Assembly (NCBI GenBank): GCA_963822575.1
Contig: CAWGHZ010000006.1
Span: 16,837 to 80,836 of the forward strand
Length of the DNA stretch: 64,000 nucleotides
Direction: 5' to 3'
DNA from: an uncultured Alphaproteobacteria bacterium
GTDB taxonomy: Bacteria; Pseudomonadota; Alphaproteobacteria; MPNO01; DASWLB01
Part shown: in pieces, positions 17,139 to 27,945 of the stretch
Layout: every line of letters begins with the position of its first letter
Numbering within the stretch: the stretch's first letter is position 1
The notes under the pieces: model-generated
What the model was told of the DNA's origin: nothing
Seen by the model: the letters and a program-made list of their open reading frames with translations, nothing else
Databases searched by the model: none
Position numbers and translations under genes: made by a program

Positions 17139-17948
17139 ATGGCCGGTCGGCTGGACTTTACGGGTCAGGTCGTGCTGGTGACCGGGGCAAGCTCGGGCAT
17201 CGGGCGCGGATGTGCCGAGGCGTTCGGCGCCGCCGGGGCGAGCGTCGTGGTCAACCACATCGGCGATCCCGCGGCCGACGAGGTGGTCCGCCGGATCGAG
17301 GGTGCGGGCGGCAAGGCGCTCGCGGTGCGCGCCGACGTCTCGAGCGAGGCCGAGGTCGACGACATGTTTGCCCGGGCCGTCGCCAGGTTCGGCACGGTCC
17401 ATGTCCTGGTGAACAACGCCGGGCTGCAGGCGGACTCGGCGTTCGAGACCATGGCGCTCGCGCAGTGGCGCAAGGTGATCGACGTCAACCTGACGGGCCA
17501 GTTCCTGTGCGCCCGGGGGGCGGTGCGCGAATTCCTGCGCCGCGGCGTCGATCCCGCCGTCTCGCCGGCCGCCGGCAAGATCGTCTGCACGTCTTCGGTG
17601 CACCAGATCATCCCCTGGGGCGGGCACGCCAACTATGCGGCGTCCAAGGGCGGGTTGAAGCTCCTGGTCGAGACGCTGGCGCAGGAGTTCGCCCACCGGA
17701 AGATCCGCGTCAACGCCGTCGCGCCCGGCGCGATCCGCACGCCGATCAACCGTCCCGCGTGGGACACGAAGGCGGCGCTCGACGACCTTCTGCACCTCAT
17801 CCCGTACGGCCGCATCGGCGAGGTGGACGATGTGGCGAATGCGGTCATGTGGCTCGCGTCCGACGAGTCCGACTACGTGACGGGCGCGACCCTCGTGGTG
17901 GACGGCGGCATGGTACTCTACCCCGGTTTCGGCGAGGGACACGGCTAG
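17139..17948 (+). CDS. SDR-family oxidoreductase, glucose 1-dehydrogenase-like
   Basis: TGASSGIGRG cofactor motif, NNAG, catalytic YAASKGG, and a PGAIRTPIN...YVTGATLVVDGGM tail closely resembling Bacillus-type glucose 1-dehydrogenases. GGAGGAGG lies upstream of the ATG at 17139. Confidence 0.85.
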   Translation: MAGRLDFTGQVVLVTGASSGIGRGCAEAFGAAGASVVVNHIGDPAADEVVRRIEGAGGKALAVRADVSSEAEVDDMFARAVARFGTVHVLVNNAGLQADSAFETMALAQWRKVIDVNLTGQFLCARGAVREFLRRGVDPAVSPAAGKIVCTSSVHQIIPWGGHANYAASKGGLKLLVETLAQEFAHRKIRVNAVAPGAIRTPINRPAWDTKAALDDLLHLIPYGRIGEVDDVANAVMWLASDESDYVTGATLVVDGGMVLYPGFGEGHG

Positions 17949-18000
17949 AACACAGGGCTAGAACAACAAGAGACTTTCCGAGGCTGCGGGCAGGAGACAA

Positions 18001-19782
18001 ATGCCACACAAGATCGAGGACTACGCCTTCATCGGCGACACGCGAACCTGCGCGCTGGTCGCGCGCGACGGCTCGATAGACTGGCTGTGCGTGCCGCGAT
18101 TCGATTCGCCGTCGTGTTTTTCGGCGCTTCTCGGCCAGCCGCAGCACGGTCGCTGGCGCGTCGCCCCGTCGCGCAAGGTCCGCAACGTCAAGCGGCGCTA
18201 TGTCGAGGGCACGCTGGTGCTCGAGACCGAGTACGAGACCGAGACGGGCCGGGTGCGCGTGACCGACTTCATGCCGCTGCCGCACGACGAAAGCGTCGAC
18301 GTGGTGCGGGTGATCGAGGGGCTGCGCGGCCGCGTGCCGATGCGCCTCGAGCTCCGGCTGCGCTGCGACTACGGCGTCAGCGTTCCGTGGGTGCGGCGCA
18401 CCGCGGGCGGTCTCGCCGCGGTGGCCGGGCCGAACGGCTTCCGCTTCGCCACGCCGGTCGAGCTGCAGGGCCAGGACCTCGCCACCGTCGCCGAGTTCAC
18501 GGTAGCGCGCGGCCAGACCATCCCGATGATGCTGACCTGGCACCCGTCGCACCTCGAGCCGCCGCCGGTGCGCGACGCCTCGTGGCTCCTCAGCGCCACG
18601 GTCGAATGGTGGCGGCGCTGGAGCGGGCGCTGCCGCGCGCCGGAGGCGTGGCACGAGCCGGTGGTGCGCTCGGCGATCACCCTGAAGGGGCTGACCCACG
18701 CCGCCACTGGCGGCATCGTCGCCGCCGCCACCACCTCGCTGCCCGAGTGGCCGGGCGGTGAGCGCAACTGGGACTACCGCTATTGCTGGGTGCGCGACGC
18801 CGCGTTCACGCTGCACGCCCTGATGAGCATGGGCTACACCGAGGAGGCGGGCGCCTGGCGCGACTGGCTGGAGCGCGCGGTCGCGGGCGAGCCGTCCAAG
18901 CTGCAGATCATGTACGGCTTGGCGGGCGAGCGCCGGCTCGACGAGTACGAGCTGCCATGGCTTCCCGGCTTCGCCGATTCGCGCCCGGTGCGCATCGGCA
19001 ACGGCGCGTTCGAGCAGCGCCAGCTCGACGTCTATGGCGAGATCATGGACGCGTTTCACGGCTGCCGGGCGAACGGGCTCGCGGTCAGCGACAACGCCTG
19101 GCGCGTCCAGCGGTCGCTGATGCGGTTCGTCGGTGAGCACTGGACCGACCCCGACTCGGGCATCTGGGAGCAGCGCTCGGCGCTGCAGCGCCACGTCTAT
19201 TCTTCGGTGATGGCCTGGGTGGCGGCCGACCGCACCGTCAAGGCGATCGAGCATTTCGGCCTGTCGGGTCCGGCCGCGCCGTGGAAGAAGCTGCGCGACG
19301 AAATCCACAAGGAGGTCTGCGCCAAGGGGTTCAACGATAAGAAGAACTGCTTCGTGCAGTATTTCGGCGGCACCTCGCTCGACGCCGCGACGCTCCTGAT
19401 CCCCATCGTCGGCTTCCTGCCCGCTACCGACCCGCGCGTCGTGGGCACGGTGGACGCCATCCAGAACGAGCTGATGAGCCACGGTTTCGTGCAGCGCTAT
19501 TCGACAGCCGACACCGACGACGGGCTTTCCGGCGACGAGGGGGCGTTCCTCGCCTGCTCGTTCTGGCTTGCCGACGTGCTGTGCATGATGGGACGCGGCA
19601 ACGAGGCGCGCGACCTGTTCGAGCGGCTCCTCGACATCCGCAACGACGTGGGTCTCTTGGCCGAGGAGTACGACCCGGTGGCGAAGCGCCAGCTCGGCAA
19701 CTTCCCGCAGGCCTTTTCCCATGTCGGGCTGATGAACACGGCGCGCAACCTGGCCGAGGGCGAGGTCAAGAAGCGGGACTAG
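18001..19782 (+). CDS. Glycoside hydrolase family 15 protein, paralogue 2
   Basis: A 593-aa ORF collinear with and clearly similar to the 15252..17030 product ([13 protein letters not shown]...[11 protein letters not shown]...[22 protein letters not shown]). Confidence 0.9.
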   Translation: MPHKIEDYAFIGDTRTCALVARDGSIDWLCVPRFDSPSCFSALLGQPQHGRWRVAPSRKVRNVKRRYVEGTLVLETEYETETGRVRVTDFMPLPHDESVDVVRVIEGLRGRVPMRLELRLRCDYGVSVPWVRRTAGGLAAVAGPNGFRFATPVELQGQDLATVAEFTVARGQTIPMMLTWHPSHLEPPPVRDASWLLSATVEWWRRWSGRCRAPEAWHEPVVRSAITLKGLTHAATGGIVAAATTSLPEWPGGERNWDYRYCWVRDAAFTLHALMSMGYTEEAGAWRDWLERAVAGEPSKLQIMYGLAGERRLDEYELPWLPGFADSRPVRIGNGAFEQRQLDVYGEIMDAFHGCRANGLAVSDNAWRVQRSLMRFVGEHWTDPDSGIWEQRSALQRHVYSSVMAWVAADRTVKAIEHFGLSGPAAPWKKLRDEIHKEVCAKGFNDKKNCFVQYFGGTSLDAATLLIPIVGFLPATDPRVVGTVDAIQNELMSHGFVQRYSTADTDDGLSGDEGAFLACSFWLADVLCMMGRGNEARDLFERLLDIRNDVGLLAEEYDPVAKRQLGNFPQAFSHVGLMNTARNLAEGEVKKRD

Positions 19783-19900
19783 CGCCTTCTCGCCGAAGCC
19801 CGCGCCACGCGGCAAAAAGGCTTGCGGAATCTCGGCACGTCCTCGCATATTCGGCGCGCCCGTGGCGCAACGCCGCGGACAGGAAGGATTTCCCCGCGCC

Positions 19901-21919
19901 ATGGCCACAGCCCGCCCCGACACCGCGCGCCCCGACGGCGAGGCCGTCTCGCCCTTCGAGATGGCGAACGCGCTCCGGGCGCTCGCCATGGACGCGGTCG
20001 AGGCCGCCAGGTCCGGCCATCCCGGCATGCCGATGGGCATGGCCGACGTGGCGACGGTGCTGTTCACCCGCTTCCTGAAGTTCGATCCCGCTGATCCCAC
20101 GTGGCCCGACCGCGACCGCTTCGTGCTGTCGGCCGGGCACGGCTCGATGCTGCTTTACGGCCTGTTGCACCTCACCGGCTATGCGGACATGACGCTCGAC
20201 GAGCTGAAGCGCTTCCGCCAACTCGAGAGCCGCACACCGGGCCACCCCGAGTACGGCTGTGCCGCCGGCGTGGAGACCACGACGGGACCGCTGGGCCAGG
20301 GCTTCGCGACCGCGGTCGGCATGGCGATCGCCGAGCGTCACATGGCCGCGCGCTTCGGCGCCGAGCTCGTCGATCACCGCACCTGGGTGATCGCGTCCGA
20401 CGGCGACCTGATGGAGGGGATCAGCCACGAAGCCGCTTCGCTTGCCGGTCATCTCGGGCTCGGCAAGCTGGTCGTGCTCTACGACGACAACCACATCTCG
20501 ATCGACGGCAAGACCGAGCTCGCGCTCTCCGACGATGCGCTGGCGCGCTTCGCCGCCTATGGCTGGCACGCCGCGCGCGTCAACGGCCACGACCCCGAGG
20601 CCGTGGCGAACGCCATCTCCGACGCACAGGCGCAGTCGAAGCCGGCGCTGATCGCCTGCCGCACGACCATAGCCTTCGGCGCGCCGACCAAGGCGGGCAC
20701 CGCCGCCGCGCACGGCGCCCCCTTGGGCGCGGAGGAGATCGCCGGCGCGCGCGAGAAGCTCGGCTGGCGCTGGCCGCCGTTCGAGGTGCCGGAGCCGATC
20801 CGCGCCGCGTGGCGTGCGGCGGGTGCGCGCGGCGCCACTCCCCACCGCGCCTGGCGCGAACGCGCGGGCCGGCTCGATCCGGCGATGCGCGAGGACTTTC
20901 GCCGCGCTGCTGCCGGCGAGCTGCCGGCCGGCTGGGAAGATGCACTGGCCGCGTTCAAGCGCAAGCTTGCCGACGACAAGCCGGCGTGGGCGACGCGCAA
21001 ATCCTCGGGCGAGACGCTTGAGGTGCTGACCAAGGCGGTTCCCGAGCTTCTCGGCGGGTCCGCCGACCTCACCGGCTCGGTCAACACGCTGGCCAAGGGC
21101 ATGGCCGATTTCGAGGCCCCCGCTTATGGCGGGCGCTACCTCCATTACGGCGTACGCGAGCACGCGATGGCCGCGGCGATGAACGGCATGGCGCTGCATG
21201 GCGGCGTCATCCCCTATGGCGGCACGTTCCTGATCTTTTCCGACTACCTGCGCCCGGCGGCGCGGCTCTCGGCGCTGATGCGCCAGCGAGTGATCTACGT
21301 GCTGACCCACGATTCCATCGGGCTCGGCGAGGACGGGCCGACCCACCAGCCGGTCGAGCATCTGGCGGCACTGCGCGCCATTCCAGGGCTGCGCGTCTTC
21401 CGCCCGGCCGACGCGGTCGAGACCGCGGAATGCTGGCAGCTCGCCCTCGAGGCAGGCGACCGGCCGTCAGCGATGGCGCTCACCCGCCAGGGCGTGCCGG
21501 CGCTGCGCACGACGCACGTGGAGGAGAATTTGTGCGCGCGCGGCGCCTATGTGCTGGCCGAGGCCGAGGGCGCGCAGGTAACGCTGATGGGCACCGGTTC
21601 CGAGGTGCAGATCGCGCTGGCGGCACGCGACCTTTTGGCGGCGGAGGGCATCTCAGCCCGCGTCGTCTCCATGCCGTGCTGGGAGCTGTTCGCCGCCCAG
21701 CCCGGCGCCTATCGCGACTATGTGCTCGGCCCGCCCGCGCGCGTCGCGGTCGAGGCCGCCGTCGCCCAGGGCTGGGACCGCTGGCTCGGCCCGTTCGGCG
21801 CCTTCGTCGGCATGACCGGCTTCGGCGCCTCGGCGCCCGACAAGGCGCTTTTCCAGCATTTCGACATCACCGCCGAGGCGGTGGCCGAGGCCGCACGCGA
21901 CGCGCTGGGACATCACTGA
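19901..21919 (+). CDS. tkt: Transketolase
   Basis: [18 protein letters not shown] and [16 protein letters not shown] motifs, plus the TPP-binding [15 protein letters not shown] at 19901 is in frame with ORF 19862..21919. Confidence 0.95.
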   Translation: MATARPDTARPDGEAVSPFEMANALRALAMDAVEAARSGHPGMPMGMADVATVLFTRFLKFDPADPTWPDRDRFVLSAGHGSMLLYGLLHLTGYADMTLDELKRFRQLESRTPGHPEYGCAAGVETTTGPLGQGFATAVGMAIAERHMAARFGAELVDHRTWVIASDGDLMEGISHEAASLAGHLGLGKLVVLYDDNHISIDGKTELALSDDALARFAAYGWHAARVNGHDPEAVANAISDAQAQSKPALIACRTTIAFGAPTKAGTAAAHGAPLGAEEIAGAREKLGWRWPPFEVPEPIRAAWRAAGARGATPHRAWRERAGRLDPAMREDFRRAAAGELPAGWEDALAAFKRKLADDKPAWATRKSSGETLEVLTKAVPELLGGSADLTGSVNTLAKGMADFEAPAYGGRYLHYGVREHAMAAAMNGMALHGGVIPYGGTFLIFSDYLRPAARLSALMRQRVIYVLTHDSIGLGEDGPTHQPVEHLAALRAIPGLRVFRPADAVETAECWQLALEAGDRPSAMALTRQGVPALRTTHVEENLCARGAYVLAEAEGAQVTLMGTGSEVQIALAARDLLAAEGISARVVSMPCWELFAAQPGAYRDYVLGPPARVAVEAAVAQGWDRWLGPFGAFVGMTGFGASAPDKALFQHFDITAEAVAEAARDALGHH

Positions 21920-21956
21920 TACATCGCTGACACTGACAGGCTGAACGGAGAAGAAC

Positions 21957-22967
21957 ATGCCCGTCCGCATCGGGATCAACGGTTTCGGTCGCATCGGGCG
22001 GCTGGTGCTGCGCGCCGCGATCGAGCGTAAGGGGCGCGGGATCGAGATCGTCGCCATCAACGATCTGGGCTCGAACACGGCCAACGCCCACCTGCTTGCG
22101 CACGACACGGTGCACGGCCCGTTCCCGGGCACGGTGCGCGTCACCAAGAATGGCTTCAACGTGAACGGCAAGGCGATCCAGGTGTTCGCCGAGCGCGACC
22201 CGACGCGCCTTCCCTGGCGCCAGCTCGGCGTCGACGTGGTGGCCGAATGCACCGGAATCTTCACCAAGCGTGCCGACGCGCAGAAGCACATCGCGGCCGG
22301 CGCCAAGCGCGTGCTGATCTCCGCCCCCGCGACCGACGAGGACATCACCGTCTGCTACGGCGTGAACCACGACAAGCTGCGCAAGTCGCACCGGATCGTG
22401 TCGAACGCCTCGTGCACGACGAACTGCCTCGCCCCGGTGGCGTTCATCCTGGACAAGGAGTTCAGCATCGAGCGCGGCTACATGACGACCGTCCACTCCT
22501 ACACGGGCGATCAGTCGCTCGTCGACACGCTGCACCGCGACCTGCACCGCGCGCGCGCCGCGGCGCTCAACATGATCCCGACCTCGACCGGCGCGGCCAA
22601 GGCGGTGGGGCTCGTCCTGCCGCACCTGAACGGCAAGCTCGACGGCACCGCGATCCGCGTGCCGACGCCGAACGTCTCGATGATCGACTTCAAGTTCGTG
22701 CCGAAGAAGAAGACCACGGTCGAGGCCATCAACAACGCGATGGTCGCGGCGTCGAAGTCGGCGCGCCTCAAGGGCATTCTCGCGGTCAATGACCTGCCGC
22801 TCGTCTCGTCCGACTTCAACCACTGCCCGGCCAGCGCGACGTTCGACCTGAGCCAGACCCAGGTGGTCGACGGCGGCCTCGCCCGCGTGCTCGCCTGGTA
22901 CGACAACGAGTGGGGGTTCTCCAACCGAATGGTCGACACCGCCATCGCGGTCGGGAAGCTGGGCTAG
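21957..22967 (+). CDS. gap: Glyceraldehyde-3-phosphate dehydrogenase (type I)
   Basis: [10 protein letters not shown]-terminus and the active-site [12 protein letters not shown]. Size is 336 aa. Confidence 0.95.
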   Translation: MPVRIGINGFGRIGRLVLRAAIERKGRGIEIVAINDLGSNTANAHLLAHDTVHGPFPGTVRVTKNGFNVNGKAIQVFAERDPTRLPWRQLGVDVVAECTGIFTKRADAQKHIAAGAKRVLISAPATDEDITVCYGVNHDKLRKSHRIVSNASCTTNCLAPVAFILDKEFSIERGYMTTVHSYTGDQSLVDTLHRDLHRARAAALNMIPTSTGAAKAVGLVLPHLNGKLDGTAIRVPTPNVSMIDFKFVPKKKTTVEAINNAMVAASKSARLKGILAVNDLPLVSSDFNHCPASATFDLSQTQVVDGGLARVLAWYDNEWGFSNRMVDTAIAVGKLG

Positions 22968-22983
22968 CGGCGCGGGGCCCCGC

Positions 22984-24183
22984 ATGGTCGCCTTCCACAC
23001 CCTCGACGATCTTGACGTCAAGGGAAAGCGCGTCCTCGTTCGCTGCGACCTCAACGTGCCGATGAAGGACGGCAAGGTCGCCGACGCGACGCGGATCGAG
23101 CGCTCGGCCGCCACGGTGAAGGAGTTGGCGGGACGCGGTGCGCGCGTCGTCGTCATCTCGCATTTCGGCCGGCCGAAGGGGCGCGATCCGTCGCTGTCGC
23201 TCGCCCCGGTCGCGCCGGTCCTGGAGGCGGCGGTCGGGCGGCGCGTCGCGTTCGCGTGCGATTGCGTCGGGCCCGAGGCCGAAAAGGTCGTGCGGACGAT
23301 GAACGACGGCGACGTGGCGCTCCTCGAAAACCTGCGCTTTCACGCCGGCGAGGAGAAGAACGAGCCCGCTTTCGCGCGCGCGCTGGCGGCGCTCGGCGAT
23401 CTCTACGTCAATGACGCGTTCTCGGCGGCGCACCGGGCGCACGCCTCGACCGAGGGGCTGGCGCACTTGCTGCCGGCCGCCGCCGGGCGGGAAATGCAGG
23501 CCGAGCTCGACGCGCTTTCCCGCGCGCTGGAGCGTCCGGACCGTCCCGTCCTCGCCATCGTCGGCGGTGCCAAGATCTCGACGAAGCTCGACGTGCTCGG
23601 CCATCTGATCGACAAGGTCGACGTGCTGGCGATCGGCGGCGCGATGGCGAACACGTTCCTGCTCGCCCTCGGCACCGACGTCGGGAAGTCCCTGGTCGAG
23701 CGCGACCTGGTGGGCACGGCGAGGGACATCCTCGCCAAGGCCAACGACAAGGGCTGCGAGATCGCGCTGCCGTCCGACGTGGTGATCGCGGCGAAGCTCG
23801 AACCCCACGTGCCGTCCGAAGCCGTGCCGGTCGCGGCCGTGCCGGACGACCGGATGATCCTCGACGTCGGGCCGGCGAGCGCGCGCGCCCTCGCCGACCG
23901 CCTCGCCGACTGCCGCACGCTGGTATGGAACGGGCCGCTCGGCGCGTTCGAGATCAAGCCGTTCGACGAAGCAACGCTCGCCGTTGCGCGCGCGGCAGCC
24001 GAGCTCACTCGCGCCGGCAAGCTGGTGAGCGTCGCGGGCGGCGGCGACACGGTGGCGGCGCTCGCGGCGGCGGGCGTCATCGACGATTTCACCTATGTCT
24101 CGGCCGCCGGCGGCGCCTTCCTCGAATGGATGGAGGGCAAGACGCTGCCCGGCGTCGCGGCCCTGGAAGCCGCGGCGAAGTAG
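22984..24183 (+). CDS. pgk: Phosphoglycerate kinase
   Basis: [12 protein letters not shown]-terminal signature. Size is 399 aa, and it sits in the tkt-gap-pgk arrangement common in Alphaproteobacteria. Confidence 0.95.
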   Translation: MVAFHTLDDLDVKGKRVLVRCDLNVPMKDGKVADATRIERSAATVKELAGRGARVVVISHFGRPKGRDPSLSLAPVAPVLEAAVGRRVAFACDCVGPEAEKVVRTMNDGDVALLENLRFHAGEEKNEPAFARALAALGDLYVNDAFSAAHRAHASTEGLAHLLPAAAGREMQAELDALSRALERPDRPVLAIVGGAKISTKLDVLGHLIDKVDVLAIGGAMANTFLLALGTDVGKSLVERDLVGTARDILAKANDKGCEIALPSDVVIAAKLEPHVPSEAVPVAAVPDDRMILDVGPASARALADRLADCRTLVWNGPLGAFEIKPFDEATLAVARAAAELTRAGKLVSVAGGGDTVAALAAAGVIDDFTYVSAAGGAFLEWMEGKTLPGVAALEAAAK

Positions 24184-24186
24184 CGC

Positions 24187-24966
24187 CTACTTGTCGATCT
24201 GGTCGTAGACGGCGCGGGCGACGTGCAGCAGCTTCTCGCGCGGCACGGCGCCGACCAGCGCGTAGCCGCAGGTGGGATCGAGCCAGTAGAACACTGCGAC
24301 GCCGTGGTATTCCCGGAAGCGGAACGCCGTCTCGTCGTTGCCGTGCGGCCCCGCCTTCTTGATGTAGAGGGTGAGGCGCTGGCCCGACGCATCCTCGTAC
24401 ATGAACTGCGCGGCGATGGTTCGTCCCGACGGCAACAGCCGCCCGCCCATCAGCTTGTAGCCGAGCGCGCCGAGCTGCGGCGCGCGCACCTTGGCGCCGA
24501 GCCGCTTGGTCAGCCAGGTGACCAGATGCTGCTCCTCGTTCGCCGAGACCTCGACGGGATGGCGCACCTCGGGTACGAACACCTCGTGCGCCTCGGCGGC
24601 GTCGGCGACGATGCGCGGCGGCGTGCCCACGAGCGCCTCGCTGGGCGTCCGATGGGCGAGCCAGCCGGCCGCGCCGCCGCCGACGAAGACGGCGACAAGT
24701 AGCGCGGCCGCCGCCGCCATCGGCCAGTCGCGCCATGCGGCAAGACCGGCTCGCCGCGGGCGCAGCCACGCCTCTGGTATCGGCCGGGCGAGCTCGCCGT
24801 CGAACAGTGCATGCAGCTCCGCGTCGATGCGCCGCCACGCCGCCACCCGTTCGGCATCGTCGGGATTTTCAACCAGGTGGCGCGCCATCTCGGCCGCGCG
24901 CGCAGAGTCCAGCCTGCCGTCGGCGTGGGCGTGGAGGTCTGCGTCGGTCACGGTCGCGCCGGTCAC
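24187..24966 (-). CDS. Anti-sigma factor (single-pass membrane protein with N-terminal anti-sigma domain)
   Basis: GTGA overlap with the upstream ECF sigma gene. It has an N-terminal ~60-aa helical domain, one TM segment (WPMAAAAALLVAVFVGGGAAGWL) and a periplasmic C-terminal domain. Confidence 0.8.
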   Translation of the reverse strand: MTGATVTDADLHAHADGRLDSARAAEMARHLVENPDDAERVAAWRRIDAELHALFDGELARPIPEAWLRPRRAGLAAWRDWPMAAAAALLVAVFVGGGAAGWLAHRTPSEALVGTPPRIVADAAEAHEVFVPEVRHPVEVSANEEQHLVTWLTKRLGAKVRAPQLGALGYKLMGGRLLPSGRTIAAQFMYEDASGQRLTLYIKKAGPHGNDETAFRFREYHGVAVFYWLDPTCGYALVGAVPREKLLHVARAVYDQIDK

Positions 24967-25493
24967 TTCACCCTCCGGAGCGCGGGCGGGGCGCCCTCAT
25001 AGGCGGCGCGCAGCCGTTCGCGCCCGCGGTGCAGCCGCGACATCACGGTGCCGAGCGGCACGCCGGTGATGCCCGCGACCTCCTCGTAGGTCATCTGCTC
25101 AAGCCCGACCAGCAGCACCACCTCGCGCTGCTCGTCCGGAAGCGCATCGAGCGCGCGGGCAAGGCCGGACATCGCGACGCGCCCCTCCTGGCTGCCGTCG
25201 ACGGAAACGGCATGGGTTTCGTGGTCGTAGGCGATCGTGCGCGGGCGGCGGCTTGCCCGGCGGGCGGCGTTGGCGTTCAGATTGTGCATGATCGTGAACA
25301 TCCACGCCCGCAGGTTGCCGTCGGCCCGGACCATGTGGAAGCGGCTCCAGGCGCGTTCAAGGCAGTCCTGCACCAGATCGTCGGTGCGATCGGAATCGCC
25401 CAGGAGCGCCCGGGCGTAGCGCCTGAGGTGCGGGATCTGCTCGACGATCTGCCGCTCGGCGTCGGTCACCCGTGCGTCCTGCCGCGCCGCCAT
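24963..25493 (-). CDS. ECF-type RNA polymerase sigma-70 family factor
   Basis: Region 2 (DDLVQDCLERAW) and region 4 HTH (LPDEQREVVLLVGLEQMTYEEVAGITGVPLGTVMSRLHRGRERL). Size is 176 aa. Confidence 0.9.
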   Translation of the reverse strand: MAARQDARVTDAERQIVEQIPHLRRYARALLGDSDRTDDLVQDCLERAWSRFHMVRADGNLRAWMFTIMHNLNANAARRASRRPRTIAYDHETHAVSVDGSQEGRVAMSGLARALDALPDEQREVVLLVGLEQMTYEEVAGITGVPLGTVMSRLHRGRERLRAAYEGAPPALRRVK

Positions 25494-25615
25494 GGCGCTC
25501 GCCCCAATTATAGCTACACCGGCCGGCCCCGCCTATTCCCGGCGCCTCGGTTGACTTGGCCCGGCCGCTGGGCTCAACTGCCGGCGCCGGCCCTCCACCG
25601 CCGAGGAGGCTAACC

Positions 25616-26914
25616 ATGCCCGACACCGCCGAACCGCGCGTCGTCCCGCCCGACCGCATCGATCTGCATTTCGACTGGGACCGCGCCATTCCCGCGCCCG
25701 GCCACGGCGGCGTCGATTTCGAGGAGCGGGTGAATTTCCGCCGCCTGCACGAGTACCGCCTCGGCCGGGCGAGACAGGCGCTCAAGAAATCCGGCTTCGG
25801 CGCGCTCCTTTGCTTCGACAACAACAACATCCGGTACCTTACCTCGACCGTCATAGGGGAGTGGTCGCGCGACAAGATGTGCCGCTACGCCCTGCTGGCG
25901 GGCGATGGCGAGCCGCATATCTGGGATTTCGGCTCGGCGGCCAAGCACCACCGGCTGCACGCGCCATGGCTGCCCAATGCGTGCTGTCACGCCGGCATGG
26001 TCGGGCTCAGGGGCACCGTGCCGCCCGACGTCGGGCTGATGAAGCGCGCGGCGGAGGAGATCGCCTCGCTCCTGAAGCAGGCGGGCGTCGCCAACATGCC
26101 GCTCGGCCTCGACATCGTCGAGCCGCCGATGATGTTCGAGCTGCAGCGCCTCGGCATCGACGTGCGCGACGGCCAGCAGGTCATGCTGGACGCGCGCGAG
26201 ATCAAGAACATCGACGAGATCGTGCTGTTGAACCAGGCCGCCGCCATGGTCGACGGCGTCTACCAGATGATCTGGGAAGACCTGAAGCCCGGCGTGCGCG
26301 AGGCCGACCTCGTCGCGCGCGCCAACAAGATGCTCTACGAGATGGGCTCCGACGACGTCGAGGCGATCAACGCCATCTCGGGCGAGCGCTGCAACCCGCA
26401 CCCGCACAACTTCACCGACCGGCTGGTGCGACCGGGCGACCAGGCCTTCTTCGACATCATCCAGTCCTTCATGGGCTACCGCACCTGCTATTACCGCACG
26501 TTCAACGTGGGCAAGGCGACGCCGGCCCAGCACGACGCCTACAAGCGCTGCCGCGAATGGCTCGACGCGGCGATCGAGCTGGTGCGGCCCGGCGTCACCA
26601 CCGACCGCATCGCCAGCGTGTGGCCGAAGGCGGAGGAGTTCGGCTTCTCCGATGAGATGGAGGCGTTCGCGCTCCAGTTCGGCCACGGGCTCGGCGTCGC
26701 TTTGCACGAGCGGCCGATCATCTCGCGGCTCTGCTCGCTCGACCACCCGGTCGAGATCAAGGAGGGGATGGTGTTCGCGCTCGAGACCTACTGCCCGGCG
26801 AAAGACGGGTTCTCGGCCGCGCGCATCGAGGAGGAGATGGTCGTCACCAAGGACGGGCCGCGCGTCATCACGCTGTTCCCGGCCGAGGAACTGCCCATCG
26901 CGAACCGTTACTGA
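25616..26914 (+). CDS. M24-family metallopeptidase-fold protein (creatinase/prolidase/DddP-like)
   Basis: Creatinase-type N-domain followed by a pita-bread domain with metal-ligand context (FFDIIQSFMGY..., HGLGVALHERP, FALETY...EEMVV). GAGGAGG lies upstream of the ATG at 25616. The stop overlaps the next start (TGATG). Confidence 0.8.
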   Translation: MPDTAEPRVVPPDRIDLHFDWDRAIPAPGHGGVDFEERVNFRRLHEYRLGRARQALKKSGFGALLCFDNNNIRYLTSTVIGEWSRDKMCRYALLAGDGEPHIWDFGSAAKHHRLHAPWLPNACCHAGMVGLRGTVPPDVGLMKRAAEEIASLLKQAGVANMPLGLDIVEPPMMFELQRLGIDVRDGQQVMLDAREIKNIDEIVLLNQAAAMVDGVYQMIWEDLKPGVREADLVARANKMLYEMGSDDVEAINAISGERCNPHPHNFTDRLVRPGDQAFFDIIQSFMGYRTCYYRTFNVGKATPAQHDAYKRCREWLDAAIELVRPGVTTDRIASVWPKAEEFGFSDEMEAFALQFGHGLGVALHERPIISRLCSLDHPVEIKEGMVFALETYCPAKDGFSAARIEEEMVVTKDGPRVITLFPAEELPIANRY

Positions 26915-27945
26915 TGGCCGCGCGGGCGAAGCCGCGGACGCGCGCCCGCGCGCGGGCGAACGACGACATCGGCGAGGCGACGCGTCTCAAGCTTTGGCGC
27001 TCGCAGCTCCTGATCCGCGAAGCGGAGAAGCGCGCCTACGACCTGTTCCTCCAGAACCTGGTGAAGGGGACGAGCCATCTCTCGCTCGGGCAGGAGGCGG
27101 TGGCCGCGGGCTTCGCCACCGCCCAGAACCCCGACGATTGGACCTTCGCCACCTATCGCGGTCACGCCCACACGCTGGCACGCGGCGCCCCCGTCGCGGG
27201 CGTGCTGGGCGAGCTGATGGGGCGCGATTGCGGGCTGATGCGCGGCAAGGGCGGCTCGATGCACCTCACCGACGCCGCGCACGGCATGATGGGGTCGTAC
27301 GCCATCGTCGGCGCGCATCTGCCCATCGCGATGGGCGCGGCCTGGTCGGCGCAGTATCGCGGCACGAAGCAGGTCTCGGTCTGCTTCTTCGGCGACGGCA
27401 CCACCAACATCGGCGCGTTCCACGAGGCGCTGAACATGGCCGCAGTGTGGAAGCTGCCGGTCGTGTTCGTGTGCGAGAACAACCTCTACATGGAATACAC
27501 GCCCATCGCGCAAGTAACGGCCGTGCCGAATCCGGCGGCCGACCGCGCGGGGGCCTACGGGCTCGAATCCATCATCGTCGACGGCAACGACGCGGACGCG
27601 GTCTACCGCACGGCCGCCGCCGCCATCGCGCGTGCCCGCAAGGGCGATGGGCCGTCGCTCATCGAGGCCAAGACCTACCGCCATTCCGGCCATTCGCGCG
27701 CCGATCCGGCCAAGTACCGTCCCGACGCCGAGGTGAAGGACTGGCTCGCGCGCGATCCCATCCCGATGTACCGCGCCCGTCTCGCCGAGTTCGGCATCGC
27801 CGAGAAGGACATCGCGAAGATCGAGACGGAGGTGAAAAAGGCGGTGGACGACGCGACCGAGACGGCCAAGGCCTCCCCCGTGCCGGCGAACGAGCTGATT
27901 ATGCGCGACGTCTATGCCGACGGGGGGGCCGCGTGGCGGAATTGA
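26914..27945 (+). CDS. TPP-dependent 2-oxoacid/acetoin dehydrogenase E1 component, alpha subunit
   Basis: YRGHAH..., GKGGSMH and the TPP-binding FFGDGTTNIGAFHEALNMAAVWKLPVVFVCENN motifs. Confidence 0.9.
   Translation: MAARAKPRTRARARANDDIGEATRLKLWRSQLLIREAEKRAYDLFLQNLVKGTSHLSLGQEAVAAGFATAQNPDDWTFATYRGHAHTLARGAPVAGVLGELMGRDCGLMRGKGGSMHLTDAAHGMMGSYAIVGAHLPIAMGAAWSAQYRGTKQVSVCFFGDGTTNIGAFHEALNMAAVWKLPVVFVCENNLYMEYTPIAQVTAVPNPAADRAGAYGLESIIVDGNDADAVYRTAAAAIARARKGDGPSLIEAKTYRHSGHSRADPAKYRPDAEVKDWLARDPIPMYRARLAEFGIAEKDIAKIETEVKKAVDDATETAKASPVPANELIMRDVYADGGAAWRN

Noticed and set aside
17845-20100. Long antisense ORFs: 17845..20100, 28778..31219, 5515..7389, 15279..16997, 58209..60302, 36116..38101 and similar
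   Set aside because: Each is antisense or out of frame to a gene with clear family motifs, and each has the Arg/Ala/Gly/Pro-dominated composition typical of non-coding frames in GC-rich DNA.
25507-25512. A perfect TATAAT (minus strand) 13 nt upstream of the ECF sigma start codon, suggesting a near-leaderless transcript
   Set aside because: There is no acceptable -35 element at 16-18 nt and no clear ECF-type GGAAC/-10 pair. A single hexamer is too weak to call a promoter.
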